From positions 124,001 through 188,000 of the forward strand of contig OW569363.1 in assembly GCA_937625935.1 (NCBI GenBank): a DNA stretch of 64,000 nt. The letters are read 5' to 3'. Each line of letters starts with the position of its first letter. Within the stretch, counting starts at the first letter, position 1. Below, in pieces: positions 34,271 to 46,390 of this stretch. The position numbers and the translations under genes were made by a program. Source of the DNA: Tetramitus jugosus (Eukaryota; Protista; Heterolobosea). Under the pieces are notes generated by a model that had not been told where the DNA came from, did not search any database, and saw only the letters and a program-made list of their open reading frames with translations.

Positions 34271-35464
34271 ATGACGATGGATTATAATCAAGGCTCACCC
34301 TCCAGCACATCCTCCTCATCCATGTTGAGTCAGTGTTTGGAAGAAGAAAAATCTTCCAGTTTTTGTAAAATAACGTGTGCTATTGTAGGGGATAGTGCCT
34401 CCGGTAAAAGCTGTCTGATTCAGAGCTTGTTGCACAACAATTTCATTGAAGACTATGCTCCAACAGTATTCGAAGTGTATGATACGCAAGAAGTCATTAC
34501 AGATCAATCGAATGACCAGAATTATGCCGTACAAATCAAAATATTGGACATGGGAGGTGGTGAAGAGTATGAGCACATGAGACAAATTGTGTTCAGTACT
34601 GTTGATGTGTTTCTCGTTACTTTTGACGTATTTTATGGCAAGCAAACACTGCGAAGAGCCAAGTATCATTGGATACCAGAGATTAGAAAGGTGAACGACT
34701 TTGCTCGCATCATCCTATGTGGCTGCAAAACAGACAAGGGTATTCGAATGAAGCCAATATCCGAAAGGAGAAAACAACGAATGGGATGCGATGAATTGTT
34801 GGTGTGCTCTTCAAAGACTCGCAACGGTGTTTCAGATGTATCGAAATGCATGGCCCGGTTCGGAGCCATGAACACCTCACTTTCTTCAATCTTGTCTCTT
34901 TCAGAATGTCATTCTCTCTCTAACTCTAACACACCAAGGGAGACAAAAGGAGCTACAGTTGATACAACATCTAGAACACGGCGTCTCAGCATATCTCTCA
35001 GTGGTGCCTACTCTAGTTTTATTAACGCCATCTATGGTACAGCTCAATCAGAACAATCCGAAAGCAACGCCGGCAGTGAAACCACTGATATCGACAAGTC
35101 ACTTCATATTCCTAAACTACCACTAAATGAACTCAAGTGTGATGACCATAGAATTCACCGAAGATTGAGTATGACTTGGGGAGGAAGAAGTGGTCCTCTC
35201 TACCCAATGTCATCCTCTCCGATAACCAGGCGGAGGTCAGATGGATCAGAAATAACGAGACATGTAAAAGGTTATGATTCAGCAAGGCAGCAGCCAACCC
35301 AAGTCGCGCACTCACCAGATAAACTTAGTAATGGAAGTATGAGTGCTCGAGAAGCCGCAATCAAAGACCAGGAAGGAGTTATGGTGCGATCCATGAGGAG
35401 ATTATCTCTAAATCTATCAAATCTGTTTTCTGCCCCCAATAAATCTCAAGAAACATCCTCCTAA
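34271..35464 (+). CDS. Atypical Rho-family GTPase with long Ser/Arg-rich tail
   Basis: VGDSASGKS, YAPTVFE, LDMGG, WIPEIR, GCKTD, CSSK; no CAAX box. Confidence 0.85.
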   Translation: MTMDYNQGSPSSTSSSSMLSQCLEEEKSSSFCKITCAIVGDSASGKSCLIQSLLHNNFIEDYAPTVFEVYDTQEVITDQSNDQNYAVQIKILDMGGGEEYEHMRQIVFSTVDVFLVTFDVFYGKQTLRRAKYHWIPEIRKVNDFARIILCGCKTDKGIRMKPISERRKQRMGCDELLVCSSKTRNGVSDVSKCMARFGAMNTSLSSILSLSECHSLSNSNTPRETKGATVDTTSRTRRLSISLSGAYSSFINAIYGTAQSEQSESNAGSETTDIDKSLHIPKLPLNELKCDDHRIHRRLSMTWGGRSGPLYPMSSSPITRRRSDGSEITRHVKGYDSARQQPTQVAHSPDKLSNGSMSAREAAIKDQEGVMVRSMRRLSLNLSNLFSAPNKSQETSS

Positions 35465-35878
35465 CCAACCAATGATCCTTTTTCAAATATTGGTCTAATG
35501 TTTACTTGTTCACTTTTGGAATAAATTGCAATTTTTGACTGATGATGAGAAAAAGTGGTGCATATTATTGGTTCCGTTCTTTAAAAGATAGGAACGAAAA
35601 TTGTTGCCCAATTCAGGCAAGAAAGAAACAAACTTCCAATTAATCCACCAATGACTACCAATAATACTATTTTTCGGCAGTCTACATCCCCAATGTTAAT
35701 GATTTATTCTTATAATGCACTATAATCACAATCGTTTTGAATATTTCTAATGTTTCTCTAAATCACCGAATCTTCATCACTCAATGCTCTATCTATTTTG
35801 TATCATTGCAACTCTCTGAAAAAATATCATATTACAAGGTTATGCGTTCATAAATCTTACAATTTAATATGTGGTTGC

Positions 35879-37714
35879 TTAAGCAGTTGGGAAATCCCAT
35901 TGACTCACTTTCGTCACACTATTGAAATAATACTTCTTTCCCTCGTTGGTAGCATACTCGGACCAATCTGCTGGCAATACTTGCACTTGCGGTTGTTGCG
36001 TAGGTGGGTTCTGTTGCTGCTGTTGTTGCTTATTGTAGTATTCATTATTTCGACTCGAACCTGATGATGAATCTCCTCCTCTAAAATCTTCGTTTCCATT
36101 GTTTGAATAACTATTCGTTGAAGAATTGTAATTTTCGTATCTGTTATCTCTATATCTTTGATTCTCATATCGATTGCCTGTAGCACCATGCTGTTGATTA
36201 TAATCACCTCGATCTCTTGAGAAAGAATCAGATCGGTTATCTGCTGACACATCTCCACTAAACTGTCTTCCACTCGAAGAAGCAAATGCATTGTCGCCTG
36301 ATTGTTGTCTATTCCAATTTGAAGCGTTGTCTCTCGAAGGATAACGTCTCTCGTCCTCATAACCTCTACCTCCCTGTCTTCTATTGTCATACATCTCAGT
36401 TTCATGCGGGCGAGACTTGTGTTGCTGCCATGAGCCATGTCTGTTAGGGTAGTTATCACCGTAACCTCTGTTGGATACGCCGTCTCTTCCTCTTTGATCA
36501 GAGAATCCAGGTCGATCATTCCAACCACCAGAGGCTCCACCCACCTGTTGTTGTGGTTGTGGTTGTTGTTGGAAATTGCTCTGACCTTCGTTTCTATTGT
36601 AACCAGAGGTACCGCTGACCCATCTATCCTCTCGATGATAGTCTCTTCTGTCATTGTAGCCACCACCACGGTTGTATGAACTATCTCTTTGATAATCTCG
36701 GTTGTCATATCTGTTTAGCTGACCCTCTCGGGAGTATCCTCTTTGACCAGCACCACCGCCACTCGCAGTATTGCTATATCTGTTGTTTCCATAGCGAGGT
36801 GGGGATCGCCTCCTACCTTGATCATTGTAGAAACCTCCTCTCTGTTGATTGCCTCCATATCGATTGTTATAGTTGCTGCCTCCTCGATTGCTATAGTTGT
36901 TGTAGCCAGAGATGGTGGGAACTGATGTGGATCCTTCGTGTTGACCAGCACCTACTCTCATTCTCTTTGGACTTCTTTCTTCATCATTTGTACTGTTGTT
37001 GTTGTTGTTGTTGGTATTGTTCACTGGAGCAGCACTTGTTTTGTTAAATGGTTCTACTTCTGCGTCAATGCTCGGCCTCACTTGATCATACTCGCGTTTT
37101 CGATCAAAGTGACCAACGTCTCCACCAACACCTCGTCCATTGTTCGCATTTGATGAATCTCTATATCTATGATTGTCGTTGTCATACCGTCTATTGAATC
37201 GATTTCTGTTGTTTGCTTGTTGATTGTAGCCACGGTTTTGACCACCACCTCTTCTATAACCACCACCAGCATAAGATCCCTTTTCTTGTTGTTGATTTTG
37301 ATGAGTGCTACTACGATCATTTGTAGTCGTTGTTGTTGTTGTTGTAGTTGTGTTTGTCGTACTCGTTCTCTCTTGAGCATTCTTTTCATCGGTAGATGGC
37401 GAGAGATTGTTTTGTTCATTGTCGTTTGTTCCTTCCTTTGTGGGCTCACTCTCACCTACGATAGTTTGATCATCACTTGACTCTTGTGTGTTTGTTCGTG
37501 TTTCCTGCTCTACTTTTTCACTCTCTTGAGTAGTGTCGTTCTCAACGTTGTCAGTTGGTGCAGATTCAATTGACTCTGTTTTCGTTGTTGTTGATTGTAT
37601 TTCCTCCTCCACAGTTGTTGTTGGTGCTGCTGTTGTTGTTGTTATAGCCTCTTCTGTGGTGTTTGATGGAGGTGTTGGTTCATTGTTGTTGTTTGTTGTC
37701 TCTGGTGTTGACAT
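35879..37714 (-). CDS. RGG/NQ-rich low-complexity protein with C-terminal WW domain
   Basis: LPADWSEY..NEGKKYYFN..TK.SQWD.P; many RGG/YN repeats. Confidence 0.85.
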   Translation of the reverse strand: MSTPETTNNNNEPTPPSNTTEEAITTTTAAPTTTVEEEIQSTTTKTESIESAPTDNVENDTTQESEKVEQETRTNTQESSDDQTIVGESEPTKEGTNDNEQNNLSPSTDEKNAQERTSTTNTTTTTTTTTTNDRSSTHQNQQQEKGSYAGGGYRRGGGQNRGYNQQANNRNRFNRRYDNDNHRYRDSSNANNGRGVGGDVGHFDRKREYDQVRPSIDAEVEPFNKTSAAPVNNTNNNNNNSTNDEERSPKRMRVGAGQHEGSTSVPTISGYNNYSNRGGSNYNNRYGGNQQRGGFYNDQGRRRSPPRYGNNRYSNTASGGGAGQRGYSREGQLNRYDNRDYQRDSSYNRGGGYNDRRDYHREDRWVSGTSGYNRNEGQSNFQQQPQPQQQVGGASGGWNDRPGFSDQRGRDGVSNRGYGDNYPNRHGSWQQHKSRPHETEMYDNRRQGGRGYEDERRYPSRDNASNWNRQQSGDNAFASSSGRQFSGDVSADNRSDSFSRDRGDYNQQHGATGNRYENQRYRDNRYENYNSSTNSYSNNGNEDFRGGDSSSGSSRNNEYYNKQQQQQQNPPTQQPQVQVLPADWSEYATNEGKKYYFNSVTKVSQWDFPTA

Positions 37715-38123
37715 GATCAACTTTTTCTTCTTTTCTGTGTGTTTGAAAGCTTTTTGGTTGGTTGTATGCTACGATTGTGGTATTGAAGCTTTTGCTACGT
37801 TTCTCTTTCGAACTGGAGTGTATTTTTGTGTATTTTGTTTGAATCCACGTGATGTATTTTGAAAATCTACAAGAAAGAGGTCTTTCGAACGTCGATTGCT
37901 GTATCTTTTCGTGATAAAACTTTGTGTGTATCTTCGTGGCTCACAAAACGTACTCTTCACTTTCAGAGGCAGGCGCTGAAATGTGAAAAACCGCCGATCG
38001 GAAAAATAACGAAAAAATGTTGGTTGTAATCTCCTATAGTTGACTGTCCCACAAGCAAAAAAATTTCGACGATAACACCAACCTCCCATCCACCCACTCT
38101 GGTTTTTTTTTTGATTTGAAGAA

Positions 38124-38669
38124 ATGATGAATCGTGTTGTTGCCTGCCGAAGTGCTGCTGCCACAGTATTCCAAAAGAACACTACTACCACAACAAACGC
38201 CGCCGCTGCTCTCTTTACTCAACAACAAACAAGAGAGATCAAATATCACGCCAGCAGAAACCACGCTGAAGCAAATCGTAATGTTCTCCGCATGTACAGA
38301 AGATGGATGAAGCTTATCCCTTGGATAAAGACTGTTTATCACATCCCAGTAGACGAAAAGCTGATGCTGAAGCGTGTGAAGAGAGAATTCTTGAAAAATG
38401 CCAAAGTTACAGACATTCCGATGATTGATGGGTTGGTGTACAGAGCTTTCCAAGATTTTGAGGAAGTCGAGATGCATCACAAGCAACGTGGTCACCTTTT
38501 GAGATTCTTTGCTGAGGCTGAGCCTGCTATGATGAACCCTGCTACTAGCAATGTTTCCGCATTGGGTAAGGCTGATCTTGCTGCTTCTGGACAAGTGCCA
38601 GAGCACATTGCAGCTTATTTGAAGGAGCACCCTGAATTGATGGCCAAATTGGAAAAGATGATGAAGTAA
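38124..38669 (+). CDS. NDUFA6: Complex I accessory subunit B14 (LYR family)
   Basis: VLRMYRRW...IP, REFLKN..VTD...ID.LV, KQRGH.LRFF; presequence-like N-terminus. Confidence 0.85.
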   Translation: MMNRVVACRSAAATVFQKNTTTTTNAAAALFTQQQTREIKYHASRNHAEANRNVLRMYRRWMKLIPWIKTVYHIPVDEKLMLKRVKREFLKNAKVTDIPMIDGLVYRAFQDFEEVEMHHKQRGHLLRFFAEAEPAMMNPATSNVSALGKADLAASGQVPEHIAAYLKEHPELMAKLEKMMK

Positions 38670-39085
38670 ATTTTGTTTTCGGATGATTGGAAACATGTGC
38701 GATGATGGAGGAGGATGATCACGAGGAACATGCGCATATTTTTTTTAAAATGATGAAAAACATGCATTGGACTCTAGCGAAATGAAAGAGCGACACACAT
38801 ATATATTATTTGAATATAATGAACCCGGTTTGAACAATAATAACAACTAAATAATAACATTAATACCAGTAATACGCATCAAACATTGATATTTTTTATT
38901 CTTCGTGCTGCATACATCGTTTGAGTGATATATTGAGTTGAAACATCTGTTCTTTTGGTAATTGGTGATGGACAACCTCTTTGCTTTCAACCTGATCTGC
39001 AAGACGCACATATTTTTTCGAGAGAAGTGTAATTTGATGTCAAGGTGAAAGTATGAACTCTAAACTTTGCGCGTCATTTGATATC

Positions 39086-40433
39086 TTAAAGAATGAATTT
39101 ACGAAGGCAAATGTTGTGCCCATGCTCGTTATATTCAGCTTTCGTCACCGTGTATTGACTCCTTGTTTGCTCGGACTCATCCGTTGCAAACTTACAGGCT
39201 CCTTGCCAACAATTGGTGATAGGATTAGGTACTGTGCGAACTGTGACGTTCATGTGTGCGGGTGCCAACTGTCTCACTTCCTGCTCGATCCTCTTTTGAA
39301 AATTCTTGAACTTTGCATTGCCGCCAACCAGTACAATCGACTCGTATAGTATGGCCTGTGCGGCTTCATCTGCACCCAGAGTTGCTATACTGTTGCATAT
39401 CGTCTCTGGAATGCCAGATTGTTCCATTCCTATATCAGAAGGACGGAACAGCAGCTCTGGAACTGCAATCCTTTCGTTATTCAGTGTCAGCGTTTGTTCG
39501 TCTTTCCGGAAAATGTTGTCCTTCTTGACATGACCTGTCATACTCGTTTGATAGTCCGGCAATACATATGATTGTTGCAATCTTCTGTCACACTCTGTAG
39601 CACTCAATTCCTGCATGAAATCAAGTGACGTAAAACACATCTTCTCCTTCACAATATTCATCAAATATGTTTCATCTCTCATATCATAGTACCGCAATGA
39701 CACAATCTCCTTCAAATGGTTCGTGAGCGCTTTACCACCAATGTCCAATCTCTTAATTCCCTTTGGATGAATTCGATGATTCACAACAGGTATCACGTTT
39801 GTAAACGAAAAGCCAGAATCCACAATGAGTGCACTCGCAGAATCGCGAATCAACTGCATTGACTCATTCTGCCCATCTCGAAAACAATTATAAAAATTAA
39901 AGTAGGCACAACTCAGTGAACAGTACTCTGCAAAGCCAAAATGCTCAAACACCAATTGTTCCGTATCAGTTTGCAAAGTACCTGGTGTGAATGGCTGCCT
40001 AGACATGATCAATCGTGTTTCTGATGGTCGCACCACACCAGAAGACGATGACGACAATGCCTGAAGAGAGGAGCTTCGAAAAATGTGATCCCAAATGACA
40101 AACTCCAACTCACAATCAATCAGGTATCCTCTGTCATATGGGCGCCTATAGACTAGAGAGCTGAATTCTGTGAGATCGGATTCGATTTGATCTGCAATGT
40201 ATGGTGTACCTTTGCTCTTGCATACCATGTTTGGAAAAATTCTGAAAATTCAGAAATGATTGTTTTCGAAAATGATTGGATTGTGTGAACATTTGTGATC
40301 CATGTGTGTTGCAAATGAACATCAAGACTTACAGTGGTTGTTGATCTGTGTTCGTGTTGTTGGTTGCAGCATATCCAATTTTGATCGTGTTGGCGCCATT
40401 GTCGATCACAAGATTATTCAGCTGGGATGACAT
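39086..40433 (-). CDS. ARP6: Actin-related protein 6, two exons
   Basis: Exon 1 LVIDNGA.TIKIG; intron 40242-40332 preserves frame; RP.DRGYL, DETYLMN.VKE, YVLPD, LTLNNER..VPELLF.PSDIGM. Confidence 0.9.
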
Positions 40434-40700
40434 GGTGTGTTCGTTTTTTTTTGCCTCCCAAGAGAGAAACATGCAAGGACGAACAAAAAGCTTTTCACAT
40501 GCATATCCGTAGATATGAACGACAAAAGCTCTGATGAGGGAACTCCTTCAATCCAATCTAAGATCCAAGATGCAGAGCCATCACGGATGAACAAATTCAA
40601 GGTCAAACAAATCTATTGCATTTCCGTATCTTTTTTGGCCGAGCATTATTTTCCGATAGAACCTTCAATCTCAGGGATGAAGTTGACTCAAGAAAATTAG

Positions 40701-41153
<453 letters not shown>

Positions 41154-41284
41154 ACTTTTTTGTCTAATAAATTGCATCTGCTCTCTTTCTTGATTATTGG
41201 AAGTTTTTCGGCTTTTCGGCTTTTCAAGTCAACATTCTTTGTTTGCGTATGAGATGGTTTTATTGTGTGAAAATATCGGGTAAG

Positions 41285-42861
41285 TTAACTGGTAGAGGTT
41301 CTTCTGACTTCTCGCTCCACGCTTGATAGCTTTCCCTTGAGAAGTTCAAGCTGTTTCGCAAATGTTTGTTGGTCTTCTTTCAGCAACATGGCTTCTTGTT
41401 CAGATTGAGCAGGGATGGAAAGCGCGACCGTCTTTGCCAAACGAGACTCCAGTTTTTGTATGTGTCTTCGCAGCAGAGTCACATCACTATTGAAACCCTC
41501 CAAATCAACAGCCCTTCGACTCGAAAGGTGCCTGTATTTGGACTCAAAAGTAAAGAGCTTCTTCTCCATCATTCGCATCTTCGCTTCATACTTTTCTTTG
41601 TATCCGCTCAATTGGTCTTGTAATGTAATGACATCGTTGTCTCGGTCGATTGCTTGTTGTCTAAAGTGTCTTGCCACTTCCTCGCTTTCTTCTCTGGCCG
41701 TATTCAGCATTAACTTAATCTCCTTCCGGGTTCTATTCTTTAGCAGTTCGATTTGCTTCATCAGATTAGCATTCTCAGCTTTCAACAGTTCAATTTGTTC
41801 CTTTTGTTTGCGCTCCTCTACCTTTGACCGGAAGGATAGTACAAAGTATTCCCGAGTTGTTTTTGTTAACGTATTCTCTACTCGTTGTAAGTCAGATTGA
41901 AGTCTAGATATTGTTGAATGATCCCTCTCAGCTCGCAATCTTTCCTCTTCCTCTCTCACTTTCTTCTCTTGCATTAGAGTACTCTCCTTCTCTTGGAATA
42001 TTCGATACTGTTCTTCAAATTGAGCTTTCATTGATTCTACCTGAAGAACAAGAGCATCTGTCTTTTCGTTGGGTAAAAATACAGTTCGAAGCACTCGGGA
42101 GCCCTTCATGTCCGAATTCTTGTTCTTAACATTGGAGTTTTGAACCGATTTTCGAGTAGAAGAATGTTTAGAGCCCGATACAACTTCAGAATCTGTTCCA
42201 CTCGTTGGACAGACTTCATCTTCAATCACAATTGCATCTTCAGGATATGTTGGTAACGTTCTTTGTACATTTTGTTTCTTTTCTGACTTGTTCACCATGA
42301 TATGTCTGGTCATTTGTTCAGGTCTGCAATCCTTGAAAAATGTGACTTCTTGGGTTAGTGGCCGAGTCAATGCCAGCAAGTCCTTAATCTTCCGCCGATC
42401 TTCTAACTCTTGAACTGCGTATCCAAATAATAATAAGATTAATATTCATTGGGCCCAAATACGCGATTTTGTTTGTTTCCATTGTACATACTTCTCAGTG
42501 CATCATTATCATGTTGAAGTTGCATCGCATGTTCTCTCTCTTCAAAGATAAACATTTGGGCATCACTTAAGGCCTTTTTGAGAGCTTGGATCTCTTCTTC
42601 TCTTCTTCTTGATTCCCATTCCATGTCATGTTGTCTCTTGTAATCAATTTTCACTTGTTCGAGCTTGTCGATCAACTCTTTCCTCTCTTTTTCATAGAGT
42701 TCTGTGTGTCGAGTGTAAAAGTGAGATTTAGAGCTTCAATTCATTCGAAGTTTAAGAAGCTAATAAAGTAGTGGTAACTTACCAACACGATCCTTGTAAT
42801 ACTTGAGTAATTCTGCAGAGAACGGAAGATCCAAGCTTGTAGATATCGACGACGATTCCAT
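41285..42861 (-). CDS. CCDC77: Coiled-coil domain-containing protein 77-like, three exons
   Basis: LP.S.ELL.YY, EW..R.REEEI..L.KALSD.Q..IFEERE, ELEDRRKI..LLAL, RR..DLEGF.SD..LR; GTAAGT/GTATGT donors near 42782 and 42492. Confidence 0.8.
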
Positions 42862-43120
42862 TTTCAATGTTTTCACAAGTGAATGGCTTGGTGTGGCGGG
42901 AAACTGCCTGAAAATTTGGCGGGCTCATTCTCTCATTCTTTTGGAGTTATTTATTGTTGCGCAATCTGCTCTTTGAGGATAACACCTCATCGCGGTTTGC
43001 CACAAATGATTCAGACGAGTGGACAACCTGCACTTCTCGACATGCAGCATTGTTTCCTTCTAAGAAACACAAATATTGATTATTTCGGCCAGCGTGTACT
43101 CACGAACAACGACACATTAA

Positions 43121-44794
43121 TTACGCAGTCGCATTTTCCTTTGACTTCTGCTTCTTCTTTGACTTTTTAGGACGGTCTTCCTTCTTCTTCTTTCTCTTCA
43201 TCAAGTAGTCCAAGAGTGGTGTCGATTGAGCAGGAAGAACTCCATTGTTTGCTTCCATTAACCTGCGTTCCTCTTCTTCCATCATCTCCAATTGCTTGTC
43301 AGCATTGATCAACTTTTCTTTTGGCTTCTTTAGTTCTTCCAAGAATTGTTTATAGCTCTCATCTGCAAAAATGGTTCCTTCTCTTGGGTCAGTGCTACCC
43401 TTCTTATCGTTTGAAATGCCCTGATAAGGCGCATACTCAATAAAGCAACGAACCATGTCATTGACTGCTCCACCAGTATTTGCACCACCACTGTAAGAAT
43501 TATCGTCAAATGTCGAGTGCTTCACTACATCCTTTAGAACCATACCATGTACCTCGTCCTTGAACTGATACAAATAATCCTTTTTTGTGAATTGGATATA
43601 CGCTGTAGATTTTGCGTTATAGCCCGGTTTTTTCATGGAAGGCACACCAGATCGATAAACGAACCAATCCACCATTTTCGGATCAAACACAAACACTTCT
43701 CTCATGGCTCTCGCAGGAGACGACGATGACAACAATGCACCACCATTTTCATTATTGTGACTTGAGTCGTTCACAACAGAAGAAGCACCATTCGCAGTAG
43801 TGCCCACATCAGCATCAGTAGTAGCATCAACAGAAGAAGATGAGCCATTGTCAGTTTCCTGTTCTTCCTCATTTCTCTTCTCTTCAATCATTTTCATTGT
43901 TTTCATCGTAAATCGAGGTGGTATCACACTCAAGAATTCTTGTTCCATCATTGCGGGTGGCAAATTACGCACAATAATCTTTAATTTGTTCTTTTTACGA
44001 CTGCCTTGATCTTCTCGATTTCTGTGAGCTCCTCCTCCAATGATTGTTGCAGCTATAGTTGCATTGGTTGATGATGCACTATTGTCTTTTTGATTGTTTC
44101 GAAGCTGTTGATCATTTTTTGATTTTTGATTCTTTTGCTTGTGCGATGATGATTTTTGCGATTTTTGTGATTTTTGTTGTTGCTTGTTCGATTGCTGTGG
44201 TGGTTGCTGTTGTGCAACATTAGTTGTTACAGTAGCAGCAGTTGACAGAGATGTTGCACTGTTGATGTCTCCTATAGTCTGATCAGAAACAGCAGAAGCA
44301 GCAGCAGTTGTTGTTGTTGTCTTGTTCTTATTTCTGTTCTTGTTCTTTCGATTTTGATACGATTTTTTACCTTCGCCCTTACCAGTCACGTTTGCTGATT
44401 TTTCTGACAATGGTGGTTGTTGTTGTTGTTGTTGTTGTGAAGTGGTAGTAGTAATATTGGTCTCATTATTGGAGCTTATTTTTTTCGTATTCACAGCAGC
44501 GGCAGTTGGATTATGACTTGTCAACACACTGGAGGAAGGTTGTGTAGTTGCTGTTGATGCTGTTGCTGTTGATGATGATGATGATGAAGCGGTTGCTGAT
44601 GCAGTTGATAAAGAGGCATCGACTTTTCGATATTGAGCACGACTTTTTCCTCTGTTACCACCACCACCACTCTTTGGATTCTTTGTGGGTTTTGTTGTTG
44701 TTGTTGTTGTTGTTGTTGCTGTTGTTGGTGGTAGTTGTGATGATGGTGATGGATTGCTTGCTGGCACTCCGTCTGTGTTTGCGTTGCTGCTCAT
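43121..44794 (-). CDS. UPF3: Nonsense-mediated decay factor Upf3
   Basis: KIIVRNLPP, S.AYI.F, IEYAPYQ, D.REGTI..D..Y..FLE.L, TPLLDYL; long low-complexity N-terminus. Confidence 0.9.
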   Translation of the reverse strand: MSSNANTDGVPASNPSPSSQLPPTTATTTTTTTTKPTKNPKSGGGGNRGKSRAQYRKVDASLSTASATASSSSSSTATASTATTQPSSSVLTSHNPTAAAVNTKKISSNNETNITTTTSQQQQQQQPPLSEKSANVTGKGEGKKSYQNRKNKNRNKNKTTTTTAAASAVSDQTIGDINSATSLSTAATVTTNVAQQQPPQQSNKQQQKSQKSQKSSSHKQKNQKSKNDQQLRNNQKDNSASSTNATIAATIIGGGAHRNREDQGSRKKNKLKIIVRNLPPAMMEQEFLSVIPPRFTMKTMKMIEEKRNEEEQETDNGSSSSVDATTDADVGTTANGASSVVNDSSHNNENGGALLSSSSPARAMREVFVFDPKMVDWFVYRSGVPSMKKPGYNAKSTAYIQFTKKDYLYQFKDEVHGMVLKDVVKHSTFDDNSYSGGANTGGAVNDMVRCFIEYAPYQGISNDKKGSTDPREGTIFADESYKQFLEELKKPKEKLINADKQLEMMEEEERRLMEANNGVLPAQSTPLLDYLMKRKKKKEDRPKKSKKKQKSKENATA

Positions 44795-44969
44795 CTTGTT
44801 TCTTGTTCGAATCTCGTGCCTTCGAAGCAGAAAAAACGCAAATATTGATCAAAAGGAATTTCCCCGTGTGAAACAAAGACCAAGCAAACCGAACACAAAC
44901 AACACAAACATCAAATTGTCGCCAAAATCGAATCAATGATCAAATTATCCTTCTTCTGCCGAACAAAAA

Positions 44970-46365
44970 TTTTTTTTTTTTTTTTTTTTTTAATACAACA
45001 AATGGTGCGTGAGCACCACGTTGCGGAACTTTTATTTTTCTTTTGTTTGAGAGCAGGCTTGCCTACTCTCAATTGTCTAACATGGTGTGGTGCTTGCCCA
45101 GTGGAGTGGCAGGCCTACGCAACAGGATTCATTCTCTTCTTGGAATGTTGTTTTGATCCCTTCTTCAGGGATTCGTTGCGAGGGCCTCCACTACCGACTG
45201 GAGCACCACTGGTGAGGTCAGATGGCTCCGTAGTCCTAGCCAGTTGGTAGGACCTACGGAGAGCACCTGACTTGATACTGGCCAACCTGGCCGGGATCTT
45301 GTTAGCAGCAGTGTCACCAACGGTGACACGTGCTGATCGTTTCTTGTTCTCGTTGAGTTGGGGACTCTGTAACTCGCAGTCGGGGTTACAGAGGTCCAAC
45401 TCAACTGGATCCTCTTGGGTGGTTGTGCTTCTTGCACGGTCCACCATGATTGCTCGGGCAGCAATCTCCTTCTTGGCTTTCTTGAACACCTCGGAGGTGT
45501 TCAATACTAGCTCGAGGATGGCTCTGTTACGAGCATCCTCATCCATGGTGTTGTTGGTTGGTTCTTGGGTGACCGTAGTTGGAGTGGCGGGGTTGGACTC
45601 CGGCACGATCGACTCCCAGTCGTCGGTCGTCGACGGAGTCGAAGGTTCGAATTCGGAGATTCGGTCCTTGGAGACGGGGACGCGAAGGGAATCCGGGTGA
45701 CGGAAGCCATTTCTTTTAACACACTGACTTGGTGGCGCAGGTCGTCCACCACAGCCAGGAGTTCTTGATACATCTTAGTCAGCCTCTTGCTGACAGCCTT
45801 GACAGGGTCACGTGGGCGTGGAAGGAAGCGCTTTGCTTCCACCTCCACTGGCATGTCTTGAACGTTCCGAAGCAAAGCTTCGGCATACGTTTCAGACTCC
45901 ATCACAACAAAGGAAGTGTTGTGCTTCTTGAGCACATTCTTGACCTTTGTTGTGCCGAGCATGGCCTTGATGTCGTCCTCCGTCTTACCTTTGACTCCGT
46001 GGAGGACGACCTTCTTGGCACAATCGACGTTGTGCTTGAGTGCTGCCTTGCAGCCACTCATCTTCTTGTTGCGGTTGAAGGATTCAACAAATGGGTAAAT
46101 GTTGTCATCAACAACAGTTACCCACGCAACAAACCTCTTGGGGCCCTTCTTGATGACTTGGACCCTGGTGAGCAAGTCACCAAAATCCAAGCCAATCTTC
46201 TTGGCCAAGGCAGCTTTTGGAGAGTCATCGCACTTTCCAGTGATGATGACCTCCTTGCTGCTTGGAGCAGTTCCTCTTGGTGCTGTGGTCCACACAGCAT
46301 AGCGTGGATTCTCATACTCACGAACAACAGGGGTGTGTGTTCGTTTTTTCATCGGCGTTTGTTTT
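44970..46365 (-). mobile_element. tRNA-upstream retroelement, family A, full length (ORF frameshifted)
   Basis: 22-nt poly(A) tail (T run 44970-44991); TSD TTCTGCCGAACAAAA at 44954-44968 and 46366-46380; homologous to the copies at 53414-53692 and 56796-57840. Confidence 0.9.
45115..46352 (-). pseudogene. Family A ORF1-like protein (2 RRM + coiled coil) broken by a 7-bp deletion
   Basis: Starts MKKRTHTPVVREYENPRYAVW. Lacks TACGCCG (near 45667) relative to the 57.1-kb copy, which splits it into ORFs 45507-46448 and 45115-45606; restoring the 7 bp gives 414 aa. Confidence 0.85.
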
Positions 46366-46390
46366 TTCTGCCGAACAAAAGTTAGTCGGA

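Noticed and set aside
45945-46302. The family A internal deletion as a spliced-out intron
   Set aside because: The removed segment ends in AG but starts with CT, and the junction has a 2-nt filler.
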